This document shows, piece after piece, positions 63,655-64,000 of a DNA stretch of 64,000 nucleotides. Every line of letters begins with the position of its first letter. The first letter of the stretch is position 1. A model generated the notes under the pieces. The model saw only the letters and a program-made list of their open reading frames with translations. It did no database searches and was not told where the DNA came from. The DNA lies in the IMG/VR virus record IMGVR_UViG_2728369266_000003, positions 1,258 through 65,257 of that record; one strand, given 5' to 3'. This DNA comes from a virus (taxonomy: Duplodnaviria; Caudoviricetes). The translations under genes were made by a program, and so were the position numbers.

Positions 63655-63905
63655 GGTCGCTCCTCTCCTCGCACGCGACGCTACGGGCGCCCGGTCACAG
63701 GGCAGTACTGAACCGTGGGTCTGACCGAAGTGGGACACGGTCCGCACGTGCATGAGCCCCAGCCAGCAGACCGGGAACGGCTGGGTACGGACTGGGAACA
63801 GGACCCGCCCAAACCGGTCCACGGCCGTCCGGACGAGTCCAACCATGTCCACTTTGACCTGCGGCCGAGCGCATCGGCGCTGGTCCGGACACCGCTGGAA
63901 CTTAC

Positions 63906-63948
63906 CTGGGGGTCAAGGGGTCGCAGGTTCAAATCCTGTCATCCCGAC
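63906..63948 (+). tRNA. 3' half of tRNA-Pro(GGG): att core (attR), not an intact gene
   Basis: CTGGGGGTCAAGGGGTCGCAGGTTCAAATCCTGTCATCCCGAC runs from anticodon loop to acceptor; no D-arm upstream. Confidence 0.9.
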
Positions 63949-63964
63949 AGGAAAGCAGCAGGTC

Positions 63965-63999
63965 AAAAGCCCGCCACCTGGAAAGGGTGGTGGGCTTTT
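63965..63999 (+). terminator. Terminator downstream of tRNA fragment (probably host side)
   Basis: AAAAGCCCGCCACC / GGTGGTGGGCTTTT. Confidence 0.85.
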
Positions 64000-64000
64000 C

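Larger units (their letters stand above)
1..63948. mobile_element. Integrated siphovirus-type prophage carrying an AICE-like conjugation module; left end outside window
   Basis: Terminase-portal-capsid-tail-TMP module, lysis genes, dense small phage-type ORFs; ends at a tRNA-Pro 3' fragment. Confidence 0.93.

Noticed and set aside
1-63900. IS elements or transposases
   Set aside because: No DDE or HUH transposase motifs or terminal inverted repeats with target duplications found
63870-63948. Intact tRNA-Pro gene
   Set aside because: Sequence upstream of the anticodon loop does not form D-arm or 5' acceptor strand

Overview
The window is almost entirely one integrated, high-GC actinobacterial temperate element. 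Its right end is a 43-bp 3' fragment of tRNA-Pro(GGG) at 63906-63948, an att core followed by a tRNA-type terminator; the left end and probably the integrase lie upstream of the window. It contains mosaic accessory genes (1-12 kb, including a Cre-like tyrosine recombinase with a lox-like site and a PIN-domain cargo gene), an amidase-holin lysis cassette (12-14 kb), more early-type genes (14-20 kb) and a near-complete siphovirus head/tail module (20-41 kb). A DNA ligase cassette follows. Two regions stand out. (i) A self-contained leftward operon at 43.1-45.4 kb encodes a GNAT acetyltransferase, an HTH protein and an orphan type I-E Cas8e (Cse1/CasA) homolog, with no other cas gene or CRISPR array in the window; it is a candidate anti-CRISPR or Cascade-hijacking locus. 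(ii) A Streptomyces-type AICE/plasmid conjugation and regulation module at 45.7-58.4 kb (TraB-like FtsK translocase, spread-type membrane genes, clt-like repeats, a gene loaded with about 34 polar GGGACG repeats, KorSA-like GntR, Nudix) is fused to the phage with no internal att visible, suggesting a conjugative prophage. All protein family calls are from visual motif recognition, not database searches.
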